Shown here piece by piece: positions 26,306 through 39,551 of a DNA stretch of 64,000 nt; the stretch's first letter is position 1, and every line of letters starts with the position of its first letter. The stretch is from Cenococcum geophilum (lineage: Eukaryota): the NCBI GenBank assembly GCA_050273025.1, contig CP158635.1, positions 24,552,001 to 24,616,000 on the forward strand, in the 5' to 3' direction. The notes beneath the pieces were generated by a model, which saw nothing but the letters and a program-made list of their open reading frames with translations, did no database searches and had not been told where the DNA came from. The position numbers and the translations under genes are program-made.

Positions 26306-26827
26306 CTATACTAGAACTGATATATCCACAGGCGGAGATTGCCTTGCGGATATTCCTGCGGAGGTTAGGTAAGTCTCCGTTATAGTATTCTTAGTTACAG
26401 GGTGCTTTCGGGGGCGTCCTCGACCGCGCTTTATAGTAGGTATAGCGGGTTTAGTGGGTTTCTGGAGGACTTCTAGGGTAGGCAAGGGTGCTTCTAGCTC
26501 GTCTAATTCGGCGGTTGCTTCTGGTTTATCTAGCTTAGTAGTTGCTTCTAGTTCGTCTGGCTTGACGTCGTGGGTGTCTTCAGGCCGAAAGTAGGGTTTT
26601 ACGGACGTGCTCCTAAAGCTAGTTAGGCCGCTAGGAAGTTGTACATAGCACGTCTCGTTTTTTACAGCTAGTAAACGGTAGGGTCCGGTCCACTTACCGC
26701 TTTCACGCCATATAAGGACTTCAGAGTTAAGCGGGAGGTCGTGTACTAGGGTCGTGTTAGGTCCGTTGCGGTAGTATAGGGCGTTATTAATAGCTTGCTT
26801 GGCCCGTAGCTTAACTATTTCGGCCAT
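26306..26827 (-). pseudogene. Stop-free fragment of copia B polyprotein (integrase C-terminus/linker with AT-hook)
   Basis: ORF track 173 aa containing WTGPYRLL and KRGRGRPRK; it is an internal part of the broken polyprotein. Confidence 0.85.
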
Positions 26828-29129
26828 TACCTTCCGTATTATAGCTGCTTATTCCGTAATAGACGGGGCAGGAGGGCCTAGGTTGCTTATCCTTAGGTAG
26901 GCTCCATAAACCAAGAGGGTGGGTACTAGTCCATTAGGGCCAGCGGTATTATTTACAGCTTTTACGGCCATCTATAAAGCCAATTCCTTTTAGATGTCCT
27001 TACACTCGTCCATAATAATCTAATAAGCTCTCCGTAGAGCTAGGTAAGCTCGCTTAATAAGCCTAATAGACTAGTGCGCCTTAACTAGAACGGCTTTTAT
27101 TGAGATAGCTATAGCTATAGCGTACTATTGGAATTCTTTACTAATAAAGTTCCTACTGGTGTCGTGGGTAATATACTTAGGGGGTCTAACGTATATGTTA
27201 ATCTAGCAGGTCCGTAGAATGTCCTAAGTATATTTTACGGATATATTTTACAACTAACGGGCGGCTTAATAGCGGGTTGCCTCGTCGATTATATATAATA
27301 CTAGACTACCGTTAATGTATATAATGTCCACGTACACTAAGTAGTTGAAGTTAAGGTCCTTATAAAGGGTGAACTTAAATTAGCCTAGGGAACGTCCGTA
27401 TTTCTAGCAGAAGGAGTAGTATTTAGTTAGGTAATTAACTGCCTTCCTATTAACGTCGTCGTGTCCAGAGCGTTTAAGGACTCTATATAGCTTTTCGGCT
27501 AACAAGTGGCCGGAACGGCTGTGCAGACAGTAGATCTCCGTACTAGTAAGGTAGTATAGGTTATAGTCAAAAGATTCCTAAATATAGGTCCATAAAGTCT
27601 CTCCCTATATAAGGAACGGGTATCCGAATTGTTATATAATTAGTAGGGTAATATACTTACTTCCTGGGGCAGTTACAGGGCCAATTAGGGTGTCCGTAAT
27701 ATTATTATAGTACACCTATAACCTATCCATGTCTGCAAGATAGAGTAGGAAGGAGGTGTCCACTTTTACCACGTGGAAGTTAACTAGGCTAATTAAAGTC
27801 TTAACTTTAACTAATCCAATTAATGCGGTTAAGCCGATGCCGAATTAAACGTTTACGGCCCCAGTTTACGTAATATTAATGTCCGTATTATCATTTACGG
27901 TAGTCTTATACGCAAGGTATTGTCCATAACCTACAGTAGACTTCTTAGAGGCACCTGTGTCAATCATAACACCGTAAAATTTCTTAGGGGTATAGCGTTC
28001 TGTAGTAATATATGCAAATAGGTCCTACTTATAATCTATAACGTCTATAACGGGGATACTTACGGAATAGTTTTTAGGCGTAACTAAGTATATAAAGGAA
28101 CGGTCGGCTAATACGGTCGTAATATTAAAGGCTTAGCTGTCCGTAAAAGGTCCAAAAGTAGTTAGGAATATCTCTAAGGTCTCTTATTCCTAAGCGTCTA
28201 AATCAAAGTTAAATATAAGGGCTTCTATTAACTTATTAGGGGGCTCTTTTACTTCCTTTCCTTTATATTCCAAAATAAACTAGCTAATACGGCTATTAAG
28301 TCTCTTCCTAAACTTATTATGTTCTTCCTAGGTATGCCTTATAGACTAATATCCTTCCTTACCGCACACGAAGCACTTCTAGCTAGTCCGTCTATAGGGG
28401 TATATTTTCATACGGGAGTTGCTATGGGGGTTACGGGTGGGACTTAGTCGGTACGGGTACTGCTAGCGGTAGCGGCGGTCCGTAAAGTAGACGTCTAAGT
28501 CTATTTACGGATATTAAATATCCGCAGTAAAGGCTTAAGTGCTGCCTAGTGGGTTTAAGACTTCGTACATTATAATAGAGGAGCGTAGATCATTAATAAG
28601 GCCAGCTAAGGTATCTGTAGGCTTATAATAGGCGTACTTATAGGGCTCTACTTCCTAGCAGGCTGTAATAAGTTTATTATACAGGAAGTCGTCTATTCGA
28701 AGCTTGGCGTTAAGGCCATGCTATAGGTGCCAGAAGTCTTTAATGAGAATTTACAGGCACTCTATAGTCGATTTTTCAGTATTCTTATCAATTACGGTCC
28801 GTAGCTTGGTCGCATTCCATTAGGTAAGGATATCACGCTTATATTCCGGTCCTTTAAAGTAGTTACGGGTAGCTTTGTATAGTTTATTAAAGGGAACACT
28901 AAGGGGGTTACTCTTGAGGTTGGTGTAGTAGTGGTTGAGTACTAGGCCGCGCAGTATAGTAGAGTAGGCTTGGCTGAACTCTTGTTTAGGAATGTTAGCC
29001 TTTTAGCAAAGGTCCGTAAAGATAGTCAGTTTAAAGTCAAAATTGTTATTTTCACCGCTGTACTTAGATTCGTCGGTATAGAGCTTAGCCAGGTTAGCTA
29101 GTTCCTTGCCATAGGTCTTCGCTTAGGTA

Positions 29130-29345
29130 TGTTACGGATCTATAACTTACGGATCTGTAGCTTGTGGATATATGGCTTGCGGATATATAGTTTACGGATA
29201 TATGGTTTGCGGATCTATGACTTAGGTAGGTTGCGGATCTGTGGTTTTGTCAACGGAAGGGTTTTAGTCCGTATTTTAGTTTACGAGGGTATTATGGTCC
29301 GTAATTTGGGTTGCGGGGGTATTGCGGTCCGTAGTTTAGGTATTA
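29130..29345. repeat. 15-bp and ~30-bp coding tandem repeats in copia B gag
   Basis: TT(A/G)CGGAT(C/A)TATAGC-like unit about seven times (DPQxx/YPQxx on the minus strand), then a GTCCGTA-anchored unit three times. Confidence 0.8.
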
Positions 29346-32300
29346 GGTATACTTTAGCCAGTAAGATCAATTCTAATACTACTTAGGTTTGTAGAACGAA
29401 TTCAGTTAAAAGGGTCAGCTATAAGGCCAGAGATTCTATTAAGTTTGAAGGAGGCAAAGAGGTTGTTGGTTTTAATATAATCTAAGATCTACTCTTTGGT
29501 CTATTCCGTTTAGTCTTTCTTATATAGTATATCGTATAGGGACCGTGTAATAGTAACTCGTTTGTCTTTTTTAACCTATATACCTTAGTAACGCAAAAGG
29601 TTTCGTAGGTTACGGACAAGTATAATGCTGCAAGCCTTAAAAGTAGCTTCCGTAAAGTCTACAAAGTCTTCCTTATATTGCTCCCACAGGTCGTCGTTTA
29701 TAAGCTTATAATGTCCGTATTTAAGGACTTTAAACTTAATATAATTATTAACGTCGTTTATAGATATAAGGTCAACTCCCTAACTCTACTTCTCTTAGCC
29801 TTCGTCGATTTGCTTGCTTATATCCGCTATGCTATATAGTATAGTGCGTAGCGGGTAGGGAGGGTCTTGTAGTATCCGTAAAAGCAGTTAGCAGGTCCGC
29901 GGTGGTTCGCAAAAGGGTAAGGATATCTCCATAAGGGGTCTAAAAAGACGTTAAAGGTATTAATAGAGGGTGTAGTAGGAATAGGGGTTCAAGGTTTAAG
30001 GATGGGGGGTTCCATAAAGGTCTATATTCGCGTCTATAAACTTCCGGTAAACCGTACTAAGACTTAAACAAGTATACGGGGTTAGTAATAGTTCCGTAAT
30101 CCTTTACCTTCTAACCTTCCAGCAGGTCGTACTAGGATTAAACGGGTAGTTGCTGTCGAGTATCGCTCGGGGGAGGTATCGAGTGATTGCTGATCTGTGC
30201 GCGCTCACTAATCAGTGTTCATACTAACTTAATAGCACGAGTAAGTCAGATCCAGGGGCACGAAATACGTGTAGTATCGTATGCTCTTTTAGATAATAGT
30301 GACTGTCGATTGTATAAAGCAGACTATGTGGTCTATATACTAATACACCTCCCCCCTGATTAGTTAGTGCTTTATAAGTGCACCAGACGCGTAAGCGGGT
30401 GGTTAGTGCACTAGACGCGTAAACGCGTACCTGGTGTACCGAACGCGTAAGCACGCGGTTAGTATAACAGGTGCTGTAATTATACAATAAGATATACAAT
30501 AAGGAACTACTTATAATTATTAGATGCTTTAAATAATAGCGTTTAAAACTTAAAGAATTATTATTTCCAATATGCGTGTTAACGGACTATAAAAACCTAT
30601 AGTACTTTATAACTATAAAGCAGTTAATATAGCGCCAAATTTATTAGGCTAAATACCTCTTATAATTTAACTTTAAAATTATATACTAACTAGGTAAACT
30701 TAATTAGAAGCCTAATATATTAATATAACGATTATAAGACTTACCTATAAACGCCTTAGATAAACGGATTACAAATTAATTATAGATTTTATTACCCCCT
30801 AAACGTTTTAAGAAACTACGTTCTATATTCTTAGATATAAAACTTAATAGAAATTAATTAGAAATTAATAAATAGGAAATAGAAATTAATAAGTTAATAG
30901 AATATAAATATAAGAACAATATATAGATAGCAGATATAATAAAAGCAATTTAACTAGGAAAACGATAGTATAAGAATATTACACTCGCTAAATGCGAAAT
31001 TTGTAATAACTAATTATACTATTAATAGAATATAGTAGTTCCAAATTCTAAACCTTTATAATTTAAGATACTTAAATTTATATATAATTTTTATATAGTA
31101 GAATATTCTAGCCATATAAAGACCTATAAGATTATTTAATAAGCGTACTACTAGCCTATAATGTACGATTATATACGAAAATATATTCAAGTATATAGGA
31201 TATACATGCGTAGAAAGACCTCTTATATAAAGAAATAAGGAGTACTTTAACCGCTGCCAATTCCAATATAAAGATGGCGAGATATCTTAATTAACTTTAT
31301 AGTTAACTTACCTAACAGTAATAAGTTTATAAATATTATAGTAGTTATTAACTATCTTACGAAAATATAATATAGAATTTCTATAGACTTAATTAATGCG
31401 ATATTAATAGCCGAATATTTTATTAAGTACGTCTTTAAGCTACACAGACTTCCTAATTTAATAGTATCCGACTATAAAAGCCAGTTCGTTTTAGACTTTT
31501 AGCAAGCCCTATATAAATAATTAGATATTTAAACTTAACTCTTAACTATATTCTATTTAGAGATAAATAGGTAAACTAAAATTACGAACGCAATTATAGA
31601 ATAATACCTATAAATATACTACTCCTACCTATAAGACAACTAGGAAAAGTGGCTACCTTTAGCTAAGTTTACTGCGAATAATACAACAAACGAATTAATA
31701 GGCATAACGCTGTTCTACGTAACCTACGGATAAAACCCTTAACTTAGATTTAAACTATGGCCTAAAATTAATATAATAGGACTTATAATTAAATAATTTT
31801 AGTTAATTAATATATATAACTTTGCTGTTTAAATAAAGTAGTTAACGGAACTATCATAAAGTAAATTAGCATATGCTTAATTAGTATAGGAATAGCATAT
31901 AAATAAAGGACAAGCTCCCGTATAGGACTTTAAGGAAGGAGATATAGTTTACCTAAATATATAAAACCTAAAGACTTAATAACCCTTAAAGAAACCTAAT
32001 TAGAAGTTTATAGGCCTATACCAAATTAAAAAAAACTAAGCCCATATTCTTATAAGCTTAAACTACTAACTAAAATAAAAATATATCTAACGTTTTATAT
32101 AAGCTTACTGTAACCTTTAAAGGGTAAACCTATAACTTGCGAAGTGCCGCCGCCACCTTCTATAATTATTAATAACGGTAATAATTCTTACTTTATTAAC
32201 TTAATTAACGATATATAATAGAAAATATAATCTAAATAATTTAAACTTTTTATTAAGTAAAAAGGATATAAAATATAAACCTAGGAAACCTATAACCAGA

Positions 32301-32772
32301 TTAAGGCTAACGCGCCTTCCTTAGTAAAAGAATTCTATAAAGACTATCCTTTACGGCCTATTTTAACTAAATAGATATAATATAAAGGCATATAATTACT
32401 ATCTAACATAAATATATAAAATATAATAGTAGGAAGCTTAAAATTAAAAAGAACTTAAAATATATTATAATATTTATAATATAATTACGTAATATATAAG
32501 ATATTAAGGAACTTTAACCGCTGGTTAAAGTTATCTAATTAGTTAGATTTGCCTTACTAAGACCTACTATAAAGATATTAGTTCTGCTTACTACCTTAAC
32601 TAAACTAATAGTAATTTTCTATACCGGGCATAGAAAATCCTAATTAGTCCATTTATAATTAGAACTAGTAAAACTCTATACCGCTACCTAATGCGAATAT
32701 ATAAAAACGCGATAAGTTATAAAGTCTTAACTAAATTAAATTGTTTTAGACCTTTAGCTAAAGGGGGGGTAC

Positions 32773-33117
32773 TATAATGGGACTAGCCTAGTTATAGTAG
32801 GAATGTCTTAGTAAAACACTTAATAGATAAATTCTAACGCTTTAACTAAATTCTGCCAAATTCTGCTAGCTTAATTAACTTCTGTTAAGTTCTACTAAAT
32901 TAATTAAATTTTACTAAAGTCCGTTAAAGACCGCGTGCGTATATACGCACGCATTAACCACTAAGCCCCTAACTATTTAATTATATAATTCTCTTGTTAT
33001 TCCTTTCTCTTCTTTACACAACGTCTTGTTCTTAGCGAAAGTTATATACCCTTAGATTTAGATAGAATTTACATCGTTTCTTTAAATCTTCCCCTGAAGT
33101 CTCTTCGCGCCCTTATA
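32773..33117 (+). repeat. 3' LTR of Gy2
   Basis: Follows PPT AAGGGGGGG; ends TATAATGGG...CCCTTATA (RIP'd TG..CA); resembles the gypsy C LTR. The right boundary is set by where D-like homology starts. Confidence 0.75.
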
Positions 33118-34571
33118 CGTCCCTATAAACTTAGTATGCGTTATTATAATAAAATATAAAACTTTTAATTAAATATTGTTTTATTCCTTATAGTGTATTA
33201 TTATCCCCCTATATATATATATATATTATCTACTAGTTTAGTTCTTTTTACTATATAGTTATTTTAATTGCCTTTATAGTCTTTAATAAAATAACCTTAT
33301 TTTCTATAATTTATATAAGCTCTATCTTTAAGCCACTTTTTTTACTATAGAGTCCGCCTAAATATCTTCTACTACTAAAATCCCTAGTTTAGCCTCTACT
33401 TCTTAGTTCTTTAATTACTTAATCGTTAACCCCTAGGTTTCTATAGTTTCTTATCTTATTTCTTTAGTACTTTAGTACTACTTAGGTCTATTAGCTCCGC
33501 GCTATACTATAGTTTAAATACCTATTACGTCTTTCTTATATATATTAGTCTCTGCTATATTCTTCCTAATTTCTTACTTTAGTATAGCCGGTTATTAACC
33601 TTAATAGCTTACTTAATTAGCTTTCTTATATCGCTTAAATCTTATATCGCTTAAATCTTCTATTAGCATTATTATATTCTAAACTCTAGCTTTTAGTCCT
33701 TGTTAAAACTATATTATTAATACCCCTTAATTCCACTTAGTTTACACTACTAGTATTTAAAACTATATTATATAGTCTATTACTAATCCCTTTTATATAA
33801 GTTAATATAGCTTTTTTTTAGCTACTGCTATTAATTCCGGATCTCTATATATCTATATTAGTCTACTAGTAAATCCTTTCTAGTTTAAGAATATATACCA
33901 CGCTTCTAAGTTAGTAGTTAGTAGTTTATTAGCCTATATCTCTATAAAATAAGGTTTAAACTACTCTAATACCTAACCCGTTAAAAATAGTCCTATATAT
34001 GCTACTTAATCTACTAATTCCGCTAGCTTAGTTTTTTATTATTAGATCTTTGGCTTTATTTATATATAAAAATCCCATTAGCTTATACTTTTCTTCTATA
34101 AATCTCTTAAATAATAGTATTTTAATCTTCTCCCTCTTTATATCTTATAATTACTAAAGTAATACCTAATTATTGGTATTGTTTGCTCTATAACACTTTT
34201 AAGTTAATTTATTATAACTACTTATAAGTTATTATCCCTTATACTAGCATCTCCCCTTAAGCCTAAAGTAGTTACTGCTATAGATGGCATAATAACTAGT
34301 ACTTTAAGTAGTATATTATCTAACTCTATTAATACTATAACTAGGTAGTAAATGTATAATAAAGCTTTATAGGAAATACTACAGTAGACTTATTAATAGG
34401 CTAAGTATATAGGTAAATAAGAAGTTAATAATATAAATATAACTAGTAAAGTAGGTTACCTAATAGATTAACTCTAATTATATTTTAAGATTTACTATAA
34501 AGAAAAGAACTATTTAGGTAGGGACTATAGTCCTTTAAATATATAATACTATGCCTAAGAAATGTGCTAAG
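33118..34571 (-). mobile_element. gag: 5' fragment (gag and partial 5' LTR 34355-34571) of a gypsy related to family D; apparent outermost host
   Basis: Diverged homology to 59950-61390, for example TATGCGTTATT.TAATAAAA and GAACTAT.TAGGTAGGGACTA. Confidence 0.8.
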
Positions 34572-35929
34572 TGTTATAGTGCTGCAATGAAGTAGACTAA
34601 ATAACTACGTTATAGTATAAAGAGGGGAAGAAGGTAGAAAGGGGGTATTGTATATAAATAGTAGGGTCGGCCGCCAAGTCGCTAATAATGGGCCAGCTAA
34701 TAGTAGGAAATAGTACGAGATAGTATAAAACAGTATACGTTAGGTTAGTGCCGTAACAATACTCTTCTCCCCTAGATGGTTTAGTCCCTAAACTAAATAG
34801 ATAACTTAAAAATAGGTAGTGTATAGGGTTGCCTATTTTTTACCGCAAAGATATTAGTTCCGCTTACCGCCCTTAACTAAGTTAATAGCGATTTTCTATG
34901 CCGGGCATGGAAAATTCTAATTAGTTAGTTTAGTAAGTAAGGTTAGTAGAACTCTATACCGCCACCTAAATTAATCCGTATGGCGTTTCTTAGCGAGAAT
35001 TTAGCTAATTAGACAACTTTAACTGCTAGTTAAAGTTCTATAACATCTTAACTACCACAAATTTTAATACGGTGGTTGGCCGCGACCTTAGCGTGACTTT
35101 TCCTTATCTTATACCCAGTCTAGGGGTCCTAGCTTTTTAGGGTGTTGCTTATAAAAGCGCTATATAGCTTATTTATAACCCTTTAGGTCTTTCTCTAGCT
35201 GCTAGGTTATATCCTTATAATATTTCTATTTAATCTTATAAGTTAGGCCCTAGGGGTCTTTGTTATATATATTAAGGATTTTCTTAAACTCCTATTTGTC
35301 TTCTATATTACTATTATTATCTCTCTCTACCACTTGTCCTTGTATATTATGGCGCTCTATAGTATTAATATTTACTTAGCTAGGGATCTCTTTAGCAGCC
35401 TAGAGGCGGACCTTAGATATATAAAAGGATTTATTTACTTGGATATATTTTAGGAGGTTTACTATAACTGCCCTTTAGTATACTATAAGTACGGGGTACA
35501 GGCCGTCCTATTTATTGTCCTATTTTTTCTTAGGTCTGTTTATCTTTATATTTTCTAAGCTAACTATAACTATATCGCCTTCGTAAAATAACACGCTCTT
35601 ATCCCTATAGGTATTAGCATTATCTTTATAGCGTTACTATAAAATCCAGGCTAGGGCCTTAAGCTATACTAATATCCGCTTAAAGCGGTTGGCCATAAAG
35701 TCTGCGCGGAAAAACTCCTTCTTTGCTTATACTAATAGTATTAGTAGGTAGGGGCTAATAGGCTTAATTCCGAGGCAAGGGTTAAAGCTATAGTTTATAA
35801 AAAATAGGGAGATATCTATACTCTTGTCACGGGACACCCCCGTGACACCTTGCACACGTCCACCTGTTTCCACCGACTTAGCAATTAGAGACCAACTGCA
35901 AAATGGCAATCTGACGGCAATCCAACGGC

Positions 35930-36030
35930 AATCTACGGCATTCTGCCATATTCTGCCAAGTTCCACCGAATTCTGCCAAGTTCCACCGAATTCTGCCAAG
36001 TTCCACCAAATTCTGCTAAGTTCTGCCAGG
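35930..36030. repeat. 20-bp tandem repeat (TTCTGCCAAGTTCCACCGAA) in gypsy C LTR U3; also at 49490-49580
   Basis: About four directly visible units in each LTR. Confidence 0.9.
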
Positions 36031-39000
36031 ACCACGACCTAAACCCTATTCTGCCCTATACACGTGTCGACTAAGCAACTAAGTTAATGATATATACCCT
36101 TCCTTCCCGATCTCCTACCTTTTCTCCTTACGTAACGTCTTAACCTTATTACACAGTTTATATACATAGCTTAATAATATCTACTTCGTTATATATTATC
36201 ACCACTTATACTCACTCCGTGACACTACGTTACGTTAACTACTTACACTACTACCCGAAATGGAAAACGCACCTAAAGCCCCCGTGACGGCCGCCGATAT
36301 TATATCCATCCTCTAAGAACAAATGGCAAGCATATAGAAGTCCTTTATAGAGGCCCTCGAATAACAACGAGTTACCCTAACTTAACAATAAGCCAAATAA
36401 AAAGTATGGCATTAGAAAACAATGGAAGCCCTCTAAGAAGAAGTCCGTACCCTTAAGACGCCTATACTAAGCCCCTAAGATTAATCGCTATTACTAGAAA
36501 CCAATACAGAATGCGAGCCCTAAACTAGCAATAGTTATCCCACCAGTAGAACCGACTACTATGTTATAACGATCTAAAAAACTACCAGACCCTCTAGTAT
36601 TTACTGGTAAATGATAAGAGCTTCGGTTATTCTTAAGCCGACTTAAGAATAAGCTAACTGGTAATGCTGACCGTTATTTAACTAAAGCTAACCGACTCTA
36701 CTACGCCCTAAGTTAACTAGGAGGAGACGCAGCTAACCTCGTTAAACCTCTCTAACCAAACTTAGTATAAAGCCTAGTCGTACTTCTTAAAGCTATATAC
36801 GGTGACCTGAACCGCCAAGCTACCGCTTAAAGGAAGATAAACTATATAACTTAAGAAAAGAAAAGTTTCCCAGTATACTTCTCTAAATTTAATTATTACG
36901 TAAAGGAAACAGGCTGAAATAACTCCGCACTAATTAACAGCCTTATTAAATCTCTAAGCCCTAAACTAAAAACCTCCCTAATTGGTGTAGACCTACTGGG
37001 AGCCCTTAACGCCTACGCAAACGTTATTAATAAACGGTATAATGATATACTACGCCTAACACCAAAGCCTACTCCTTAATACAATATAACAACCCCGCAA
37101 ATGTCTACTAAGTTATCGTCCCAACCTAAGCACCCCAACGCTATAGATATCGACACTAGGACCCTAGAATACGCCCCACTAGGGTCCTCTAAATAAGAAC
37201 AACGCACTAAGCTAGGCCTCTGCTTTAAATATAGAAGTAGCTCCCACCTCTCTAATAACTGCTCTGCCCCCTTCCAAAAAGATCTACAAACAGTCAACGC
37301 TAGCAGCCGTTTACTGCACTAATCTTCTAGCCACCGACCCCAATCTTTATCTAGCTCTAACTCCGTGTCTAGCAAGCACTATTTATAAGGACGAAGCTAC
37401 AGCTGATATCCTATAAGAACCCCACCCTAATTACCTCTAAAAGGAAGGTCTTAGAGCTAAGTCGCTCTCTAGGACGGCTCTGCCATAGGATTTCGTTAAA
37501 CGTATTTAACGTTACGAACTCCGACTTTTAGGACTATAGCATAACTATTAACTGCCGTCTTCAGCAGAATGGTTAATAGGCTAACGCTTAAATCCTAATT
37601 AACACAGGAGCTAGTGGCATAGGATTTATTAATAAGATCTTTATATAAGATAATAGTTTTACCCTAACCCCCCTTAACCGGCATATTAATATATTTAGAT
37701 TTAATGGTAAACGCACCGTCTCAGGCTATATTACCTATATAGTATTCCTAAAACTCTAATACCTAAACCACGAAGAATTAATTAAACTTTTTGTTACCAC
37801 CCTAGGTTACTCGGTAATCCTTAGATAACCCTAGATAAAGCTATATAAGGTAACTATTAATTAGGACAACCTTAAGCTTCTATTTACCGCCTCCCGTTAT
37901 AAGCAGAAGTGCCTTATAACTCGCTACTTAGACCCAGAACTAAAATCTAAAAAATCCACTAGGATCCACTAGTCTAAAATTTCTATAACTATTTACCCCG
38001 CGCCTAAAGAATCCACCAGATTCCACTAACCTAGGAATTCCACCGAATTCCACTAACGTAAGATTTCCACTAATATCTATTAAGGATCTAAAAATTCCAC
38101 CGAACCCCATAAACAGACCCTAAGTACTACACCGCCCTAAGCTAAGCAGAAGCTTAAGCTTAATACACAAAAATACTAAAAGGACTAGTATTCTACTATA
38201 AAAAGAATTCTTAAAGAACCCAAACCTAAATCTGATACTAACTCTATACCCGATACCGAACCTAAACCTAAGTAAGAAACTATGAGTAATTTGAGCGAGC
38301 TTAGCACCCTAGATATCTGTATAATTGGAGCTACCCCGTTAGCGCAACTTGCTAAAAAACCCGAGTATATAATCTTCGCTATTATAATAGCCGATATTAA
38401 GAAGGCCTTAGCACTAAAGAAGTATATTAACCCTGCCATAAAGGTACTAATAGAGTATTATTACCGCCTAGGTGCGTTCTTATAAAAGGAAGCCAATAAG
38501 CTACTAGAACACTAACTATATGACTATAAGATTATACTTAAAGAAGGAAAGCAGCCTAGATTTAGACCCTTATATAGGATGTCCTAAAATAAACTCTAAG
38601 TGCTATAAAAGTATTTAGACGAGAACCTAAGCAAAGGATTTATTAGAGTAAGCTCGTCGCTTATAGCCGTACTAGTGATCTTCGTTAAGAAACCTAGCGG
38701 CGGTCTACGCTTCTATGTAGACTACTAAGCTCTTAATACCGTTACCGTTAAGAACTAATATCCGATCCCATTAATATAAGAGACGCTAAACCGACTAAGT
38801 AAGGCTTGTTACTATACGAAGCTCAATATTATCTCTACATTCAACCGTCTCCGTATTGCGAAAGGGGATAAATGGCTTACTGCATTTCGTACCCGATATG
38901 GATTATTTAAATACTTAGTAACACCCTTTGGCCTCGCAAACGCTCTAAGCTTATTTCAATATTATATAAACGACACCCTACGCCCCTACCTGGACATCTT

Positions 39001-39551
39001 CTGTACTACTTATATCGACGACATCCTAATATATAGTAATAACCTAACCAAATATCGGAAACACGTTAACCTTATCCTATAAGCCCTATACAGAGCTGGT
39101 CTATAATTGGATATAGATAAATATAAGTTCTATAAAACGGAAGTCCTATACCTTAAACTCCTTATTTCTATAAACGGTATATAAATGGACCTAAAGAAAG
39201 TCGAAGCAATTATAAACTGGCAAGAACCTGAGAACGTTAAGGATGTAAGAGCCTTTATAGGATTTACTAATTTCTACCAACGGTTTATTAATAACTTCTC
39301 CGCCCTAGTTTTACCCCTTATAGCCTTAACCTAAAAGGATAAAGTCTTTATCTTTAATAAGGAATATAAGAAGGCCTTTGCCTATCTAAAGGTTATATTT
39401 ACTACTGCGCCTATGCTCTAATACTTTAACCTAAATCGAATAAGTGTTATAAAAGCTAACTCCTCTAACTACGTTACTAGAGGTATCCTGTCTTAATATA
39501 ACGAGGATAGAGTATTACACCCTATAGTATACTTCTTAAAACAACTAAGCC

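Larger units (their letters stand above)
24243..30486 (-). mobile_element. Full-length Ty1/copia family B (RIP-inactivated)
   Basis: 271-bp LTRs at 24243-24513 and 30216-30486; TSD ATAAG. CFVCGKEG knuckle at ~28370, MIDTGASK at ~27960 and KPLYGVPEAGNHWF RT motif at ~25880. Confidence 0.96.
14263..33117 (+). mobile_element. Chromodomain gypsy Gy2, split by three insertions (pieces 14263-14787, 20639-21104, 22819-24242, 30492-33117)
   Basis: Gag zinc knuckle CFRCGKKGHIQRNC at ~14600, protease LIDSGA at ~20795, RT AYIDDIL at ~23680, RNase H, integrase, chromodomain at ~32190, PPT at 32761-32769 and 3' LTR at 32773-33117. The reading frames rejoin across the TSDs. Confidence 0.88.

Noticed and set aside
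29129..29386. 85-aa LRIY-repeat ORF
   Set aside because: Antisense reading of the 15-bp gag repeat of copia B.
35727..36042. Overlapping ORFs of 102 aa and 72 aa
   Set aside because: They arise from the stop-free 20-bp LTR repeat and are not conserved in the sister LTR.
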